A stretch of 64,000 nt of DNA from NCBI GenBank assembly GCA_950097015.1, contig CATNEN010000033.1, positions 1,612,001 through 1,676,000 on the forward strand, given 5' to 3'. Position 1 is the stretch's first letter; the number at the start of each line of letters is the position of its first letter. The stretch is from Macrostomum hystrix (taxonomy: Eukaryota; Animalia; Platyhelminthes). Both the position numbers and the translations under genes were made by a program. The notes under the pieces are model-generated. The model saw nothing but the letters and a program-made list of their open reading frames with translations, was not told where the DNA came from and searched no databases. This document shows positions 36,712 to 54,400 of the stretch, piece by piece.

Positions 36712-37606
36712 CTTAAAGAACGAGTTTCTCTACTTTAATTAATAGGATACAGTATAGAATTTTAATTTCCTAGTAGGTCGTTAGGGGCAGTGTTGTGTGT
36801 CTCATTTCTTATTTCACTGCCAGCGACATGTTCATTTTCTACAGGGCTACCAACTAAAAAACTAATAAATGTGAAATTAAATTTCTTTACCTGATCTCAG
36901 TAACAAATATGACAGCCAAGGCCGTGCTGTCCTACAGCTAAATATAAGTCTGTCTGGAATGCATTAGCAGGCAGGCGGGCCCTTCGTGCTATTGTTGCTA
37001 ACAGTGCTTTTACTGTCATCAAAATAGCTTTCGCATTTCAAGAAACAAAACTCCAAAAACTGTCTGAGACATTCAACAGCAGCCGTGGACAATGGATGTT
37101 TCGATAAAGGTCTACAGCCTACCTACCCTACCTGCCTAATGAGTCTGGCAGGTTGGGGTAGGCCGGATTGATATGCAACAAAGAGCTTTGAAAACTGAAT
37201 CCAGCAGCAGCCAGCCGCCTGTCTGTCAAAATGTCCTTTTCTTAGCTGGCTAAGAGTGCCGAAAAACAAATCTGGCGAGCATAAATAGACAGGCAGCCTC
37301 AGCTACACTTTGGTACCTTATTAAACTCCTAGAGTAACTGGGAACCTTTTATTAAAAACTATTGATTGCACTGCACTCGAACCTAAGCTTCAGAGACAGT
37401 AGATGTCTGAAGAAACTGTAAGTGCAAATCTTTTATAACTATAAAAATCAAGGGTAGTTTTTTTTTACCAAAATAGAGGGGTACTATTGGGATTATTAAC
37501 AAAACTCGGTACCAAATGCTTTTTTTTTCATGGCATTTCTAAGCAAAATCCTTTGATTATTTGATAACTAACATTTTTAATCACATCTCATGGAGTACCT
37601 AAGGGC

Positions 37607-37895
37607 GTGAGTGACAGTGGTCTATAGCGCGTTTGCCTCTCGCACCAAGGTCCCAGATTCGGCGGTGAGGCCACATCTCTCTGCCGCAGAGAGAAGACTA
37701 AAGAGCTTGTCCTGCAATTTAGGAGGGCCATCCTTCAAGTCAAAGTCCGAGCGTAATAGTGTACACTGCGTGACGATGAGAAGCTCAAAGGCACAGGTGT
37801 CTGTGTTCGTGCGCTCAACAGGACTCAGTGAATGGACAGTTGCTGCCTCCGTCAACTGTCAACAAAGTTGCCTCTGTTGATTGTGGGTCGACTAT
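37607..37895 (+). mobile_element. Probable tRNA-derived SINE, copy 2
   Basis: A-box-like GTGGTCTATAGCG with a degenerate B box; diverged homolog of the copy at 36410-36711. Confidence 0.6.
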
Positions 37896-38348
37896 GGAGC
37901 CCCTAAGCCTTTTTGTCAAAATTATTGTTCACGATATTAATACACCAATATTGGACCCATAAATTTTAATCATGAGACGCTGATCCATAGCAGCTAGGTT
38001 AATGAACGCTACACATGATCACAATGTCAACTTTATACGGTTTTTCTAAATACTGCTTGTGAGTAAACTTTGAGTAGTAGATGCATAAAAAAGCAGATTT
38101 TTTTGGAAAAGGTACCGAATTTTTTTCATATGTAAAATTCAACATCTATTTAGATGTATTATCTAAATAAAAGCGACATGCTTGATTAAATTTCTCTCAA
38201 TAATAACACATTTTTTCAAGCAGATCAAGGTCACTGATACGCAATAGTACAGCACATAGCACATTATCCCACAAGCAATTGGGCATGCTTTTCTTGCAAT
38301 TCTCTTTTCTTACTCTTTTAGGTTGGTCTTTTAGGACCCACCCGAGAG

Positions 38349-43617
<5,269 letters not shown>

Positions 43618-44457
43618 GCCAGGTACACGACAGACGAACAGCATGGTAACGAGATAACTGAACTCACATGATCTAGTAGATTTAGATTTGTAGATTTTAG
43701 ATTTTGCAGTGAGTGATTAGCTACTTTAATACTCTCGCTGTTAAATGTACATTGGTACACTCGCTGCTAAATGTAGTTTAACACACTTTTTGTTATTTGT
43801 GCATGCACTTTAACACCCAAAAAATGTACTTTAACACTGGCTGTACTGATCTCCCTCGCTAAAATGCCGTTTTTATGAAACTCAGTGCCGGATTTTTGAC
43901 AGGACACAAAAGTGCCACTAATTTAAAATTGCTAGATCGTGACTGTTAATATTATCTTCAACATCTATTTTTAATGCTAAAAAATGTGAACTTTTTAATT
44001 TGTGAGAATTGCATAATCTTTGCCCCAAGGACTACTTAATCGAGGATTGATTAAGTAGTCTTTGTTTTCACCCATGACTCGCGCCTGCTCTATGGACTTT
44101 ATTAGCTTTGAAATTTTTGCAGACTCTTGATCCGACGTAGCAAGTTTTTCAACTATTTTACCTCGCTTGTTTTAGTTCGTATTAAAGGACCACCGGTCGA
44201 AAACAATAGGAAATAAAACTCGCATGTTAAAGTACGAACAGCAGAGAAGGTCTTCTAATAATTTCCCTCGGGTCGCAAGTACAACGTCCTTCGACTACCA
44301 GTGGTCCTTGCGCTTATGATGCTTCGCTGCCTTGACAAGAATTTTCAATATTTTAACTCATTCCCGTCACTGCACTCCCGAAGTAGCTATTAGAATTGAA
44401 TTATAGTTATTAAATAACATGATCTTGTGTTCGTAATTACTTTTTAAACAGTTAAAA

Positions 44458-44735
44458 TGAACAGTGGAGACTGAACAGTGGAGACTGAACAGTGGAGACT
44501 GAACAGCGGAGACTGAACAGTGGAGACTGAACAGTGGAGACTGAACAGTGGAGACTGAACAGTGGAGACTGAACAGTGGAGACTGAACAGTGGAGACTGA
44601 ACAGTGGAGACTGAACAGTGGAGACTGAACAGTGGAGACTGAACAGTGAAGACTGAACAGTGGAGACTGAACAGTGGAGACTGAACAGTGGAGACTGAAC
44701 AGTGGAGACTGAACAGTGGAGACTGAACAGTGGAG
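44458..44735. repeat. 14-nt tandem repeat (GAACAGTGGAGACT)
   Basis: About 20 copies read directly. Confidence 0.95.
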
Positions 44736-44939
44736 CCTGTTAATCTAATGAGGGCTCAAACGTAATCTCAAAATCTTATAAATGCGAGCGTAAAGAGTTT
44801 TACTCGTATGCAGCAATTTTTAGCTAAACGGTAGACTAGTATAGAAATACGTCTGTTCAATTTCTCACACCCTTTTTATGCACAAAGCTGTAGAAGATAA
44901 CTGAATAACTTTTTGTAAGAAAACTAACAAAACTAACCG

Positions 44940-45087
44940 GCCAGAGGAGACGAAGCCAGAGGAGAGGGTAAGATTTAAAAAGAAGGGGGTGAGGAAGGAC
45001 AGACAAACAGCTAGCCAATCAGAGACGAGGGTTGAACAGATAGAGGGAGAGAGGAGAAAGTACAATAAAAGGGCGCGCGAGCGTAAA
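44940..45087 (-). repeat. Dispersed repeat, copy B (inverted homolog of 26867-27020)
   Basis: Same ordered shared blocks as copy A. Confidence 0.7.
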
Positions 45088-45116
45088 TAACCAGCTTGTC
45101 TTGTAATAACAAGACT

Positions 45117-45312
45117 TACATCTATTGGATAACACATCCAGTGTACATCTATTGGATAACACATCCAGTGTACATCTATTGGATAACACATCCAGTGTAC
45201 ATCTATTGGATAACACATCCAGTGTACATCTATTGGATAACACATCCAGTGTACATCTAGTGGATAACACATCCAGTGTACATCTAGTGGATAACACATC
45301 CAGTGTACATCT
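45117..45312. repeat. 27-nt tandem repeat (TACATCTATTGGATAACACATCCAGTG)
   Basis: About 7 copies. Confidence 0.95.
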
Positions 45313-45665
45313 GGCTAATTCTGAGTGCTAAGCACGGCTATAATTTCAGCTAAAGCTTGCTATTTTTAGCAACGGAAATGCCAGGGAAATCCCGAAGATG
45401 ATTTTTCTGCGAACTAAAAGTTTGTCAGTGACTTCATGACCGACATGAAAAGAGACGATGTAAAATTTTAAAGGCTTGTATGAGATTAAATCGATTCACT
45501 GGCTAAGTAGCCATGCTATGCATTATAATATTTCCCATACACCAGCAAACGCGCAGTAGTTAGAATACTATGGACAACAAATCAATCAGATACAAGAAAA
45601 GATGAGAAAAATTGCACTAAATATAGATAAGCGAAAATGCAAGCCAATGGAATACATTTGCAAAT

Positions 45666-46858
45666 CAGGTAGGTCAAGCAGGTAGGTCAAGCAGGTGGGT
45701 CAAGCAGGTGGGTCAATTAGGTCAGTCAAGCAGGTAGGTCAATTAGGTCAGTCAAGCAGGTAGGTCAATTAGGTCAGTCAAGCAGGTAGGTCAATTAGGT
45801 CAGTCAAGCAGGTAGGTCAATTAGGTCAGTCAAGCAGGTAGGTCAATTAGGTCAGTCAAGCAGGTAGGTCAATTAGGTCAGTCAAGCAGGTAGGTCAATT
45901 AGGTCATTCAAGCAGGTGGGTCAGGTGGGTCAATTAGGTCAGTCAAGCAGGTGGGTCAATTAGGTCATTCAAGCAGGTAGGACAATTAGGTCATTCAAGC
46001 AGGTAGGACAATTAGGTCAGTCAAGCAGGTGGGTCAATTAGGTCAGTCAAGCAGGTGGGTCAATTAGGTCAGTCAAGCAGGTAGGACAATTAGGTCAGTC
46101 AAGCAGGTGGGTAAATTAGGTCAGTCAAGCAGGTAGGTCAATTAGGTCAGCCAAGCAGGTAGGACAATTAGGTCAGTCAAGCAGGTGGGTCAATTAGGTC
46201 AGTCAAGCAGGTAGGACAATTAGGTCATTCAAGCAGGTAGGACAATTAGGTCATTCAAGCAGGTAGGACAATTAGGTCATTCAAGCAGGTAGGACAATTA
46301 GGTCAGTCAAGCAGGTGGGTCAATTAGGTCAGTCAAGCAGGTAGGACAATTAGGTCAGTCAAGCAGGTGGGTCAATTAGGTCAGCCAAGCAGGTAGGACA
46401 ATTAGGTCAGTCAAGCAGGTGGGTCAATTAGGTCAGCCAAGCAGGTAGGTCAATTAGGTCATTCAAGCAGGTAGGACAATTAGGTCAGTCAAGCAGGTGG
46501 GTCAATTAGGTCAGTCAAGCAGGTAGGACAATTAGGTCAGTCAAGCAGGTGGGTCAATTAGGTCAGCCAAGCAGGTAGGACAATTAGGTCAGTCAAGCAG
46601 GTGGGTCAATTAGGTCAGCCAAGCAGGTAGGTCAATTAGGTCAGTCAAGCAGGTGGGTCAATTAGGTCAGCCAAGCAGGTAGGACAATTAGGTCAGTCAA
46701 GCAGGTGGGTCAATTAGGTCAGTCAAGCAGGTAGGACAATTAGGTCAGTCAAGCAGGTAGGACAATTAGGTCAGTCAAGCAGGTGGGTCAAGCAGGTGGG
46801 TCAATTAGGTGGGTCAAGCAGGTCAGTCAAGCAGGTGGGTCAAGCAGGTGGGTCAAGA
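45666..46858. repeat. 26-nt minisatellite (GGTCAATTAGGTCAGTCAAGCAGGTA) ending a few nt past the LRR1 stop codon
   Basis: Direct periodicity. Confidence 0.95.
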
Positions 46859-46866
46859 CACAAAAG

Positions 46867-48458
46867 TCAACAGCAAAAGTAGCGGCAGATCTCGAGCCGG
46901 CGCTCAAAGCAGATCGCTGAGCAGAAGTGCAGCATGACCGGCACGGTGGTGACGCCGCTTACATCACCATCCTGACCTTCACCAGCGCTGGGCAGCTCGT
47001 AGCAGGAGGCCAGGTGGCGCGGGTGCATTGGCAGGGGGCAAGAGGCAACTCGGGGGTCGCAGTGTCGCCTGCAGGCGGCGCAGGCGGGCATGGCGGCCAG
47101 AGTGTCCAGCAGGTGCCAGGGCAGCACCGGCGACAGCCTCGAGCCTGGCGCCGCTGCGGTTGAGCGAAGATCAACAAAGCGACGGACCGCGGCTAGGCTA
47201 AGCGAGACGAGATCTGGCACGGGGAGGCGGCTGGCTGCGCCTCCGGAGTCGCGGCAGCTGAAAGCCTGCCCGACGCCGAGCGACAGCCGGTCCAGGCGGA
47301 CGGCCGGGCGAGGCAGCAGACGGAGACGGTTGCCGTCGAGCGCCAGCGACCGCAGCTGCGGCATGGCGGGCAGGCAGTCGGGCAGGCGGCTGAGCAGGTT
47401 GCCGCAGAGGTCCAGGCTGCGGAGCCGGCCTAGCCGGCCGAGTTCTGCGCTCAGCCATTCCAGTCGGTTGTCGCGCAGGTCCAGCACGGCAAGGCAGCTG
47501 GCCAGGGCACCGGAGTACCGGAGTTCGAATCCTGGAAAGGTTGCCAACCGGTTGCCGGGCAAGCTCAGCTCTGTCAGGGGCAGGGCATTGATTGCGTCCG
47601 GCAGTGAGTCGAGCTGGTTGCCATGGATACGAAGGACGCTGAGCTGGCTGAGTCGGCATAGCCGGGTGTCGAAGCGTCGCAGGCCGACGGGGCCCACGCT
47701 GAGCTGCACCAGGTGCGGCGGGAAGTCGCCGTTAGACGGGTAGGCCTCACGGCTGGCCACCTGGCAGGAGTCATTGAATCTCGCTTGTATTTTAGAAATG
47801 GCTAATTTTTTCGAACTGTCACAGCGAGGTACTTAGTTCGAATCTACGCAGATGAAAATCCAATTGGAAATTAAATAGTTACATTACTCGCTAAAGTCTA
47901 TATATACACATCTAAATTTTTTAAATATTTTTTTTAATTTTTATCAGGAAATTCGCTAACTATCTACTAATAGTAGGGTCAATTCAGCAAATTCTGAAAG
48001 TAAAAAATTCCTAGCCGCACCGTCAGCTGAGTCTGGGTGCGCGCCCGCAGCCGCCGCTTATCCAGCGCTGTGGGCGAAGCATTCTCCAGACCGGAGCTGC
48101 TTAGTAGCAGGCGACGATCAACGCCGCGACCGTCGGCTACGTCACCGATGAGGCGCGCCAAGCAGGCCAGCTGGCGAGGCTCGGCACCGCTGATGAACAG
48201 CTGGACTGGCGGCCCGCAGAGGCTGACGGTCAGGCGGCCCTCGGACAGGAAGCGGCTGTGCAGTCGCTCGACGTTGGAGGCGGATAGGGGCCAGGCCTGG
48301 CAGCCGTTGCCGCTGCCGCTGCCGCCCCACTGGCAGGCCAGGCGGTAGCGACCGTCTCGACCGCAAAGGCTCAACAGGGCGCGACGGGCGCGCGGTGGCG
48401 GGCCGCCGCTGCAGCCGCTGGCATTGAGCAGCACAGCCAGCTGACAGTCGATTCTCAT
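46867..48458 (-). CDS. LRR1: Leucine-rich repeat protein 1 (CRL2 substrate receptor), 443 aa; complement(join(46867..47760,48021..48458))
   Basis: N-terminal MRIDCQLAV...RALLSLC...RFLSEGRLTVSL..PPVQLFIS matches the recalled LRR1 PH-like domain. It is followed by YP...FP..L..L....GL.R.D.R, LRRs (LDLRDNRL, LDLCGNLL) and a C-terminal LP.HL...L...C..C...HFCS..C region. One phase-0 intron. Confidence 0.88.
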
Positions 48459-48867
48459 GTCTGCTGTAAAGTACAAAAGTAAGCCTCATCTAATCACTCG
48501 CCATCTAATTAGCTATCGTTTGCACTTTTATTTTGCGAAATTTAGAATAAAACAACAAAGTCTTCAGCTTAGCGCACCGCATTCGGTGGTATAACTTTGG
48601 TGGCTGCTCTAAAAATTCCAGCAATTCATAACTTATCTTTCGTAAAAAAGTCTCACTTGTAGTTTGTTACAGCAACACTGCAATGCACCCATTTACGTAG
48701 CTCTACCACAGGAGATGGTGTTGATTCGATAGGCATTACATTGGAACTGTTATTGGTTTTCAAGTTTAGCAATTCAAGAGCACTTTGAAAAAGAAAAATA
48801 TTTTTAGAGAATAAAATAAATACAAGAGGGGAGAGTGAGGGAGGAGAAAGCTTGCGGTAGAGGGGGG

Positions 48868-49235
48868 AGTGACAGATGGGAAATGTTGTGGGAGAGGGGC
48901 AGTGACAGATGGGAAAGGTTGTGGGAGAGGGGGTGTGACAGATGGGAAATGTTGTGGGAGAGGGGCAGTGACAGATGGGAAAGGTTGTGGGAGAGGGGCA
49001 GTGACAGATGGGAAAGGTTGTGGGAGAGGGGCAGTGACAGATGGGAAAGGTTGTGGGAGAGGGGCAGTGACAGATGGGAAAGGTTGTGGGAGAGGGGCAG
49101 TGACAGATGGGAAAGGTTGTGGGAGAGGGGCAGTGACAGATGGGAAATGTTGTGGGAGAGGGGCAGTGACAGATGGGAAAGGTTGTGGGAGAGGGGCAGT
49201 GACAGATGGGAAAGGTTGTGGGAGAGGGGGCAGTG
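48868..49235. repeat. 33-nt tandem repeat (GTGACAGATGGGAAAGGTTGTGGGAGAGGGGCA)
   Basis: About 11 copies. Confidence 0.95.
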
Positions 49236-50113
49236 AGGAAGGAAGTTTGAGTGAGATGGGAGAGTATCAGAGGACAGACAATAAGCAAGTTGCAAAGCAG
49301 GCATGGCTCAATAGTTCAAACTTCTTGTAGAGCTGTACAGTTACCATTAAAAATCTGATTTGTGAATAGCACACAGACCTCCAAACAGGACAATCATTGA
49401 AGCGATAAAAACTCACCAATTCTCAATAAATATAGCATGCACAAACTGCAAAGCGGATAGTTAAAGCAAAATGTGATCGGTAATCGAACAGAAAGCAATT
49501 TCTTAAAAATTGAATCTAAAAACCCAAACAAAACAAATAGACAAAAGTTTCAACTGAAAAGACAGCAGGGTTAACAAAAACACAAACAAGAGTGGGTACG
49601 CATTTAGTTACCGAATACGCTGGAACTTAGCGGGCTATAAAGTTGGCAGTAACAAAGTTATTGATATAACATATGCTAATGCGCCTACTGTTAGTAGACA
49701 ACAGCGGAAGGCATTGAAGTGAGAAATTTATTTTTAACGACATAAAACACAATAATAGCAACTATTACTGTTAACTATAAAAAAAGATAAAAAAACGTGT
49801 TAGAATTTTGTCGTTAAATTGAATCAACAACGAAAATACTGACGAATGTCTCATTAAGTCAAAATGAAAAGACACGAAAGTGCACATGGATGATGCTGTA
49901 TGTACAAAAAACTCCCTATTTGCAACTGAACTGTGCTTTCATAAACACAGCACCGACATGCACGTTAACAAAAGGTTCAGTAAGTAATGAAGAAACTAAG
50001 TGCGAACACCGTTGAACTGCTGCAAACTGTCAGCAGTGGGAATTAAACAGAAAAAAACAAAGGAAAGGAAAGATTTCCTGGAAATAAATCACTTTCAAAA
50101 TCAGTTGCACAAG

Positions 50114-51364
50114 GAGCTGGTGAGGATCTGTGATTGCTAAACTCAGTTATCCCCAAGAGCTGGTGAGGATCTGTGATTGCTAAACTCAGTCATCCCCAAG
50201 AGCTGGTGAGGATCTGTGATTGCTAAACTCAGTTATCCCCAAGAGCTGGTGAGGATCTGTGATTGCTAAACTCAGTTATCCCCAAGAGCGAGTGAGGATC
50301 TGTGATTGCTAAACTCAGTTATCCCCAAGAGCTGGTGAGGATCTGTGATTGCTAAACTCAGTTATCCCCAAGAGCTGGTGAGGATCTGTGATTGCTAAAC
50401 TCAGTTATCCCCAAGAGCTGGTGAGGATCTGTGATTGCTAAACTCAGTTATCCCCAAGAGCTGGTGAGGATCTGTGATTGGTAAACTCAGTTATCCCCAA
50501 GAGCTGGTGAGGATCTGTGATTGCTAAACTCAGTTATCCTCAAGAGCTGGTGAGGATCTGTGATTGCTAAACTCAGTTATCCCCAAGAGCGAGTGAGGAT
50601 CTGTGATTGCTAAACTCAGTTATCCCCAAGAGCTGGTGAGGATCTGTGATTGCTAAACTCAGTTATCCCAAGAGCTGGTGAGGATCTGTGATTGCTAAAC
50701 TCAGTTATCCCCAAGAGCTGGTGAGGATCTGTGATTGCTAAACTCAGTTATCCCCAAGAGCTGGTGAGGATCTGTGATTGCTAAACTCAGTTATCCCCAA
50801 GAGCGAGTGAGGATCTGTGATTGCTAAACTCAGTTATCCCCAAGAGCTGGTGAGGATCTGTGATTGCTAAACTCAGTTATCCCCAAGAGCTGGTGAGGAT
50901 CTGTGATTGCTAAACTCAGTTATCCCCAAGAGCGAGTGAGGATCTGTGATTGCTAAACTCAGTTATCCCCAAGAGCTGGTGAGGATCTGTGATTGCTAAA
51001 CTCAGTTATCCTCAAGAGCTGGTGAGGATCTGTGATTGCTAAACTCAGTTATCCCCAAGAGCTGGTGAGGATCTGTGATTGCTAAACTCAGTTATCCCCA
51101 AGAGCTGGTGAGGATCTGTGATTGCTAAACTCAGTTATCCCCAAGAGCTGGTGAGGATCTGTGATTGCTAAACTCAGTTATCCCCAAGAGCTGGTGAGGA
51201 TCTGTGATTGCTAAACTCAGTCATCCCCAAGAGCTGGTGAGGATCTGTGATTGCTAAACTCAGTTATCCTCAAGAGCTGGTGAGGATCTGTGATTGCTAA
51301 ACTCAGTTATCCCCAAGAGCTGGTGAGGATCTGTGATTGCTAAACTCAGTTATCCCCAAGAGCT
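50114..51364. repeat. 43-nt tandem repeat (GAGCTGGTGAGGATCTGTGATTGCTAAACTCAGTTATCCCCAA), about 29 highly homogeneous copies just 3' of the RhoGAP stop
   Basis: Period of 43 (50114, 50157); no spacers. Confidence 0.97.
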
Positions 51365-51426
51365 ACAAGCCGTCAATTGATAATTCGATAATAGATCATA
51401 ACAGATAATAGAGCAGCGATGATGTG

Positions 51427-54400
51427 TCAATCAGCAAACAGGAACTCAGTCTCCAGCAGGAGGTACTCAACCACCTGGTTCTGGAACATCAGGTTGGTGG
51501 TGAGGCACAGGCCGCCGTCGCCCTCGCCGCTGGCCGGCCAGACCAGGTTGGGCCCCATCATGAGAGCCACATTCTGAGAGCTCATTTGGTTGCGCTCGGA
51601 GTTGTCCACAACGCGGGTGAGGTGGTGGAACAGCAGGCGCAGGGTGTTGTAGTGCGACGGCGGCAGGGTGCGCAGAACCTGACGGATCGAATCCCGCTTG
51701 GCGCTGGGCTTGGCACTGGACTGGTAGTGCTCAGTGATCACCTGGATGGGCGGGTTCGATTCAGGATTGATTCAGGCTGGTTGGAGTGAGTCAGGATTGA
51801 TTCAGGCTGGTTGGAGTGAGTCAGGATTGATTCAGGCTGGTTGGAGTGAGGCAGGATTGATTCAGGCTGGTTGGAGTGAGTCAGGATTGATTCAGGCTGG
51901 TTCGAGTGTGTCAGGATTGATTCAGGCTGGTTGGAGTGAGTCAGGATTGATTCAGGCTGGTTGGATTGATTCAGGCTGGTTGGAGTGAGTCAGGATTGAT
52001 TCAGGCTGGTTGAGTATTTTCAGAGGCCACCCACCTGAAACGTAGCGGACGGAATCAGCGGCTCGCGCAGCTCGCGCAGGAAGGTCTTAAGAGCCGAGGT
52101 GAGCACAAAGATATCCCAGCCAGTGTTTAGGTCATAGTTGTCGCTCTGGTCCACCTGCAGGCGCAGTTTCTGCACCGTGGCAGCGTTGCCCCCGAGTCGA
52201 TAAACTCCTTCAGTCTCCAGGCCGTGGGACTCGATGGCCTCGATGCACCTGGTCAGGAAGTGCGGTACCTCAGAGCGCTCGTGGGCGCAGATCTGGCGCA
52301 GGGTGGAGCCGAACACGGGTTCGTTGCGCACAATGCCCTTGCGCTCCAGCTCGTCTAGTGCCGGCCGGCGGCGGAAGAAATCGTTCAGGCGTTGCGCAAT
52401 CGACACCCGCTGCTTGCCGGAGTCACGCGGCTGCGGCTGCGGCTGCGCCTGTTTGCCGGAGTGAGAGGAGGCCGACTGCTGCGGAGTCTGCTGCGTTGGC
52501 TGGTACATCCGCTTGGTTACCAGGTCCTTGGCGTACCTGCGGAGTGCCCAGCTTGCGTTAGGGATATTCAAGGATTCTGACTCTACTCAACTCACACTAC
52601 CCCACTCCCACATTGCACCCTACCCCACTCCCACATTGCACCTTACCCCACTCCCACATTGCACCTTACCCCACTCCCACATTGCACCCTACCCCACTCC
52701 CACATTGCACCCTACCCCACTCCCACATTGCACCTTACCCCACTCCCACATTGCACCCTACCCCACTCCCACATTGCACCCTACCCCACTCCCACATTGC
52801 ACCTTACCCTATATCCAAGCCTATCTAAATCCCACATCCAAAACTTATCCAAATCCTTCATCCCAGCCCACCTAAATCCTACATCCCTGCCCACCCCACT
52901 CCGCATCTAGTCTCTACTCCATCAAGAACCCGCAGCAGTCAGGCCAAGTCACTAACTCGAGCGCCAGGCTCCACTCCTTGCGGCCGTTGGGCTCGTCCCA
53001 GAACAGCAGCATCTCGCAGTCGCCGGTTGGATACAAGTCGGCGTGCCGCCCCAGCGAGGACGAGTCGAAAGCCTCGCTGCCGGCGCCGCCACCCCCGCCG
53101 CCAGCCAAGCATCGAATCCTTAATGGCGCAATCGCCGGATCGTCCGATGGCAGTGGCGGAGGCGCGGGCGGCCCACCCGCCGGGTCGGTTTCTATGGACG
53201 CCACGCTGAGAGCCAGCTCGGGCCGCTTATCGGAGCGGGCCCGGTAGAACAGCAGGTCCGGGCCGGTCAGCACCAGGTGATAGGACTGCCGCTTAGCGCT
53301 GGGAGATTTGGCCGAGGACTTCTTGGAATCCTGCGCGCAATTTGAGCAAGTTTATGCATTTTTTACCCCATTCGACTTGAGAAAATGAGGGACATTGCAG
53401 TGAAGGGAGGGCCAGATTGCCCAGGTGCTGCAGTGAAGGGAGGGCCAGATTGCCCAGGTGCTGCAGTGAAGGGAGGGCCAGATTGCCCAGGTGCTGCAGT
53501 GAAGGGAGGGCCAGATTGCCCAGGTGCTGCAGTGAAGGGAGGGCCAGATTGCCCAGGTGCTGCAGTGACAAACCTTTCCATTCGACGCTGAGAGTCGCAG
53601 GGCCTTCACTGGTCCCTCTTTGCGAGTCTCCTGCAGCCGCCCGCCAACTGGCAGAGAAATCTCCAACTGGCGCTTCTGCGTCGGGGTCTGCTGCTCGGCC
53701 TGCTCCAGCTGGGCAATAACGGTAGCCGACTTGGCCACGGACGGCTGCGAGTGCGACTGCTGACCTTGGGTAGCCAGGAAACCCATGCTCAGGGAGGGCT
53801 CGCCGAGAAGGAACTTCCTGGGCTCACCGGCCGGGCCATCCTCCACTCGCCAGCCCGGCAGGCCGGGGGGCAGCGTGGCCGACGAGGTGGCGGGAATCTG
53901 TAAAAGTACATTGCGTAAAGTACATTTCACTATGCATATCGCCCAAAAAATATTATCTGGATTCTGTATAAACTTGGAAATTTAAAATGTATGTATTGAA
54001 ATTTTTCAATCGCAATCGAGATGCTAGATAAAAAATTCGCGGTGCAAGTAGTGACTAGAGTGCATATTGACGAACACTAACCAAAAATTTATTTAGCTTG
54101 CTGATCATCGCATACTACAACAGTTTAGCGATCCGATATTTTCAGCTTTAAGATTCAAATTTAACTCCCAATAACAGAGTCTGGATCAGTTGGCAACTAG
54201 TCAATCAGCTCTGAATAGTTACTTTGACCAAACACATCAAATTTGTTTATCACCAGTACACACACTAGCATTGGAATCTGGCTGCTGACCTGGCCTGCTT
54301 ACTGCAGACTAATGTAAACTACTGAAGCCAGAACTGTCAGCCACTGCCCTTACCCAGCCTGCCTGTCTCATCAGCCACTGCCCTCACCCAGCCTGCCTGT

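Noticed and set aside
50114-51364. CRISPR-like array (also considered for the 33-, 35- and 42-nt arrays)
   Set aside because: Units are directly adjacent with no unique spacers, no cas genes are present, and the context is eukaryotic.
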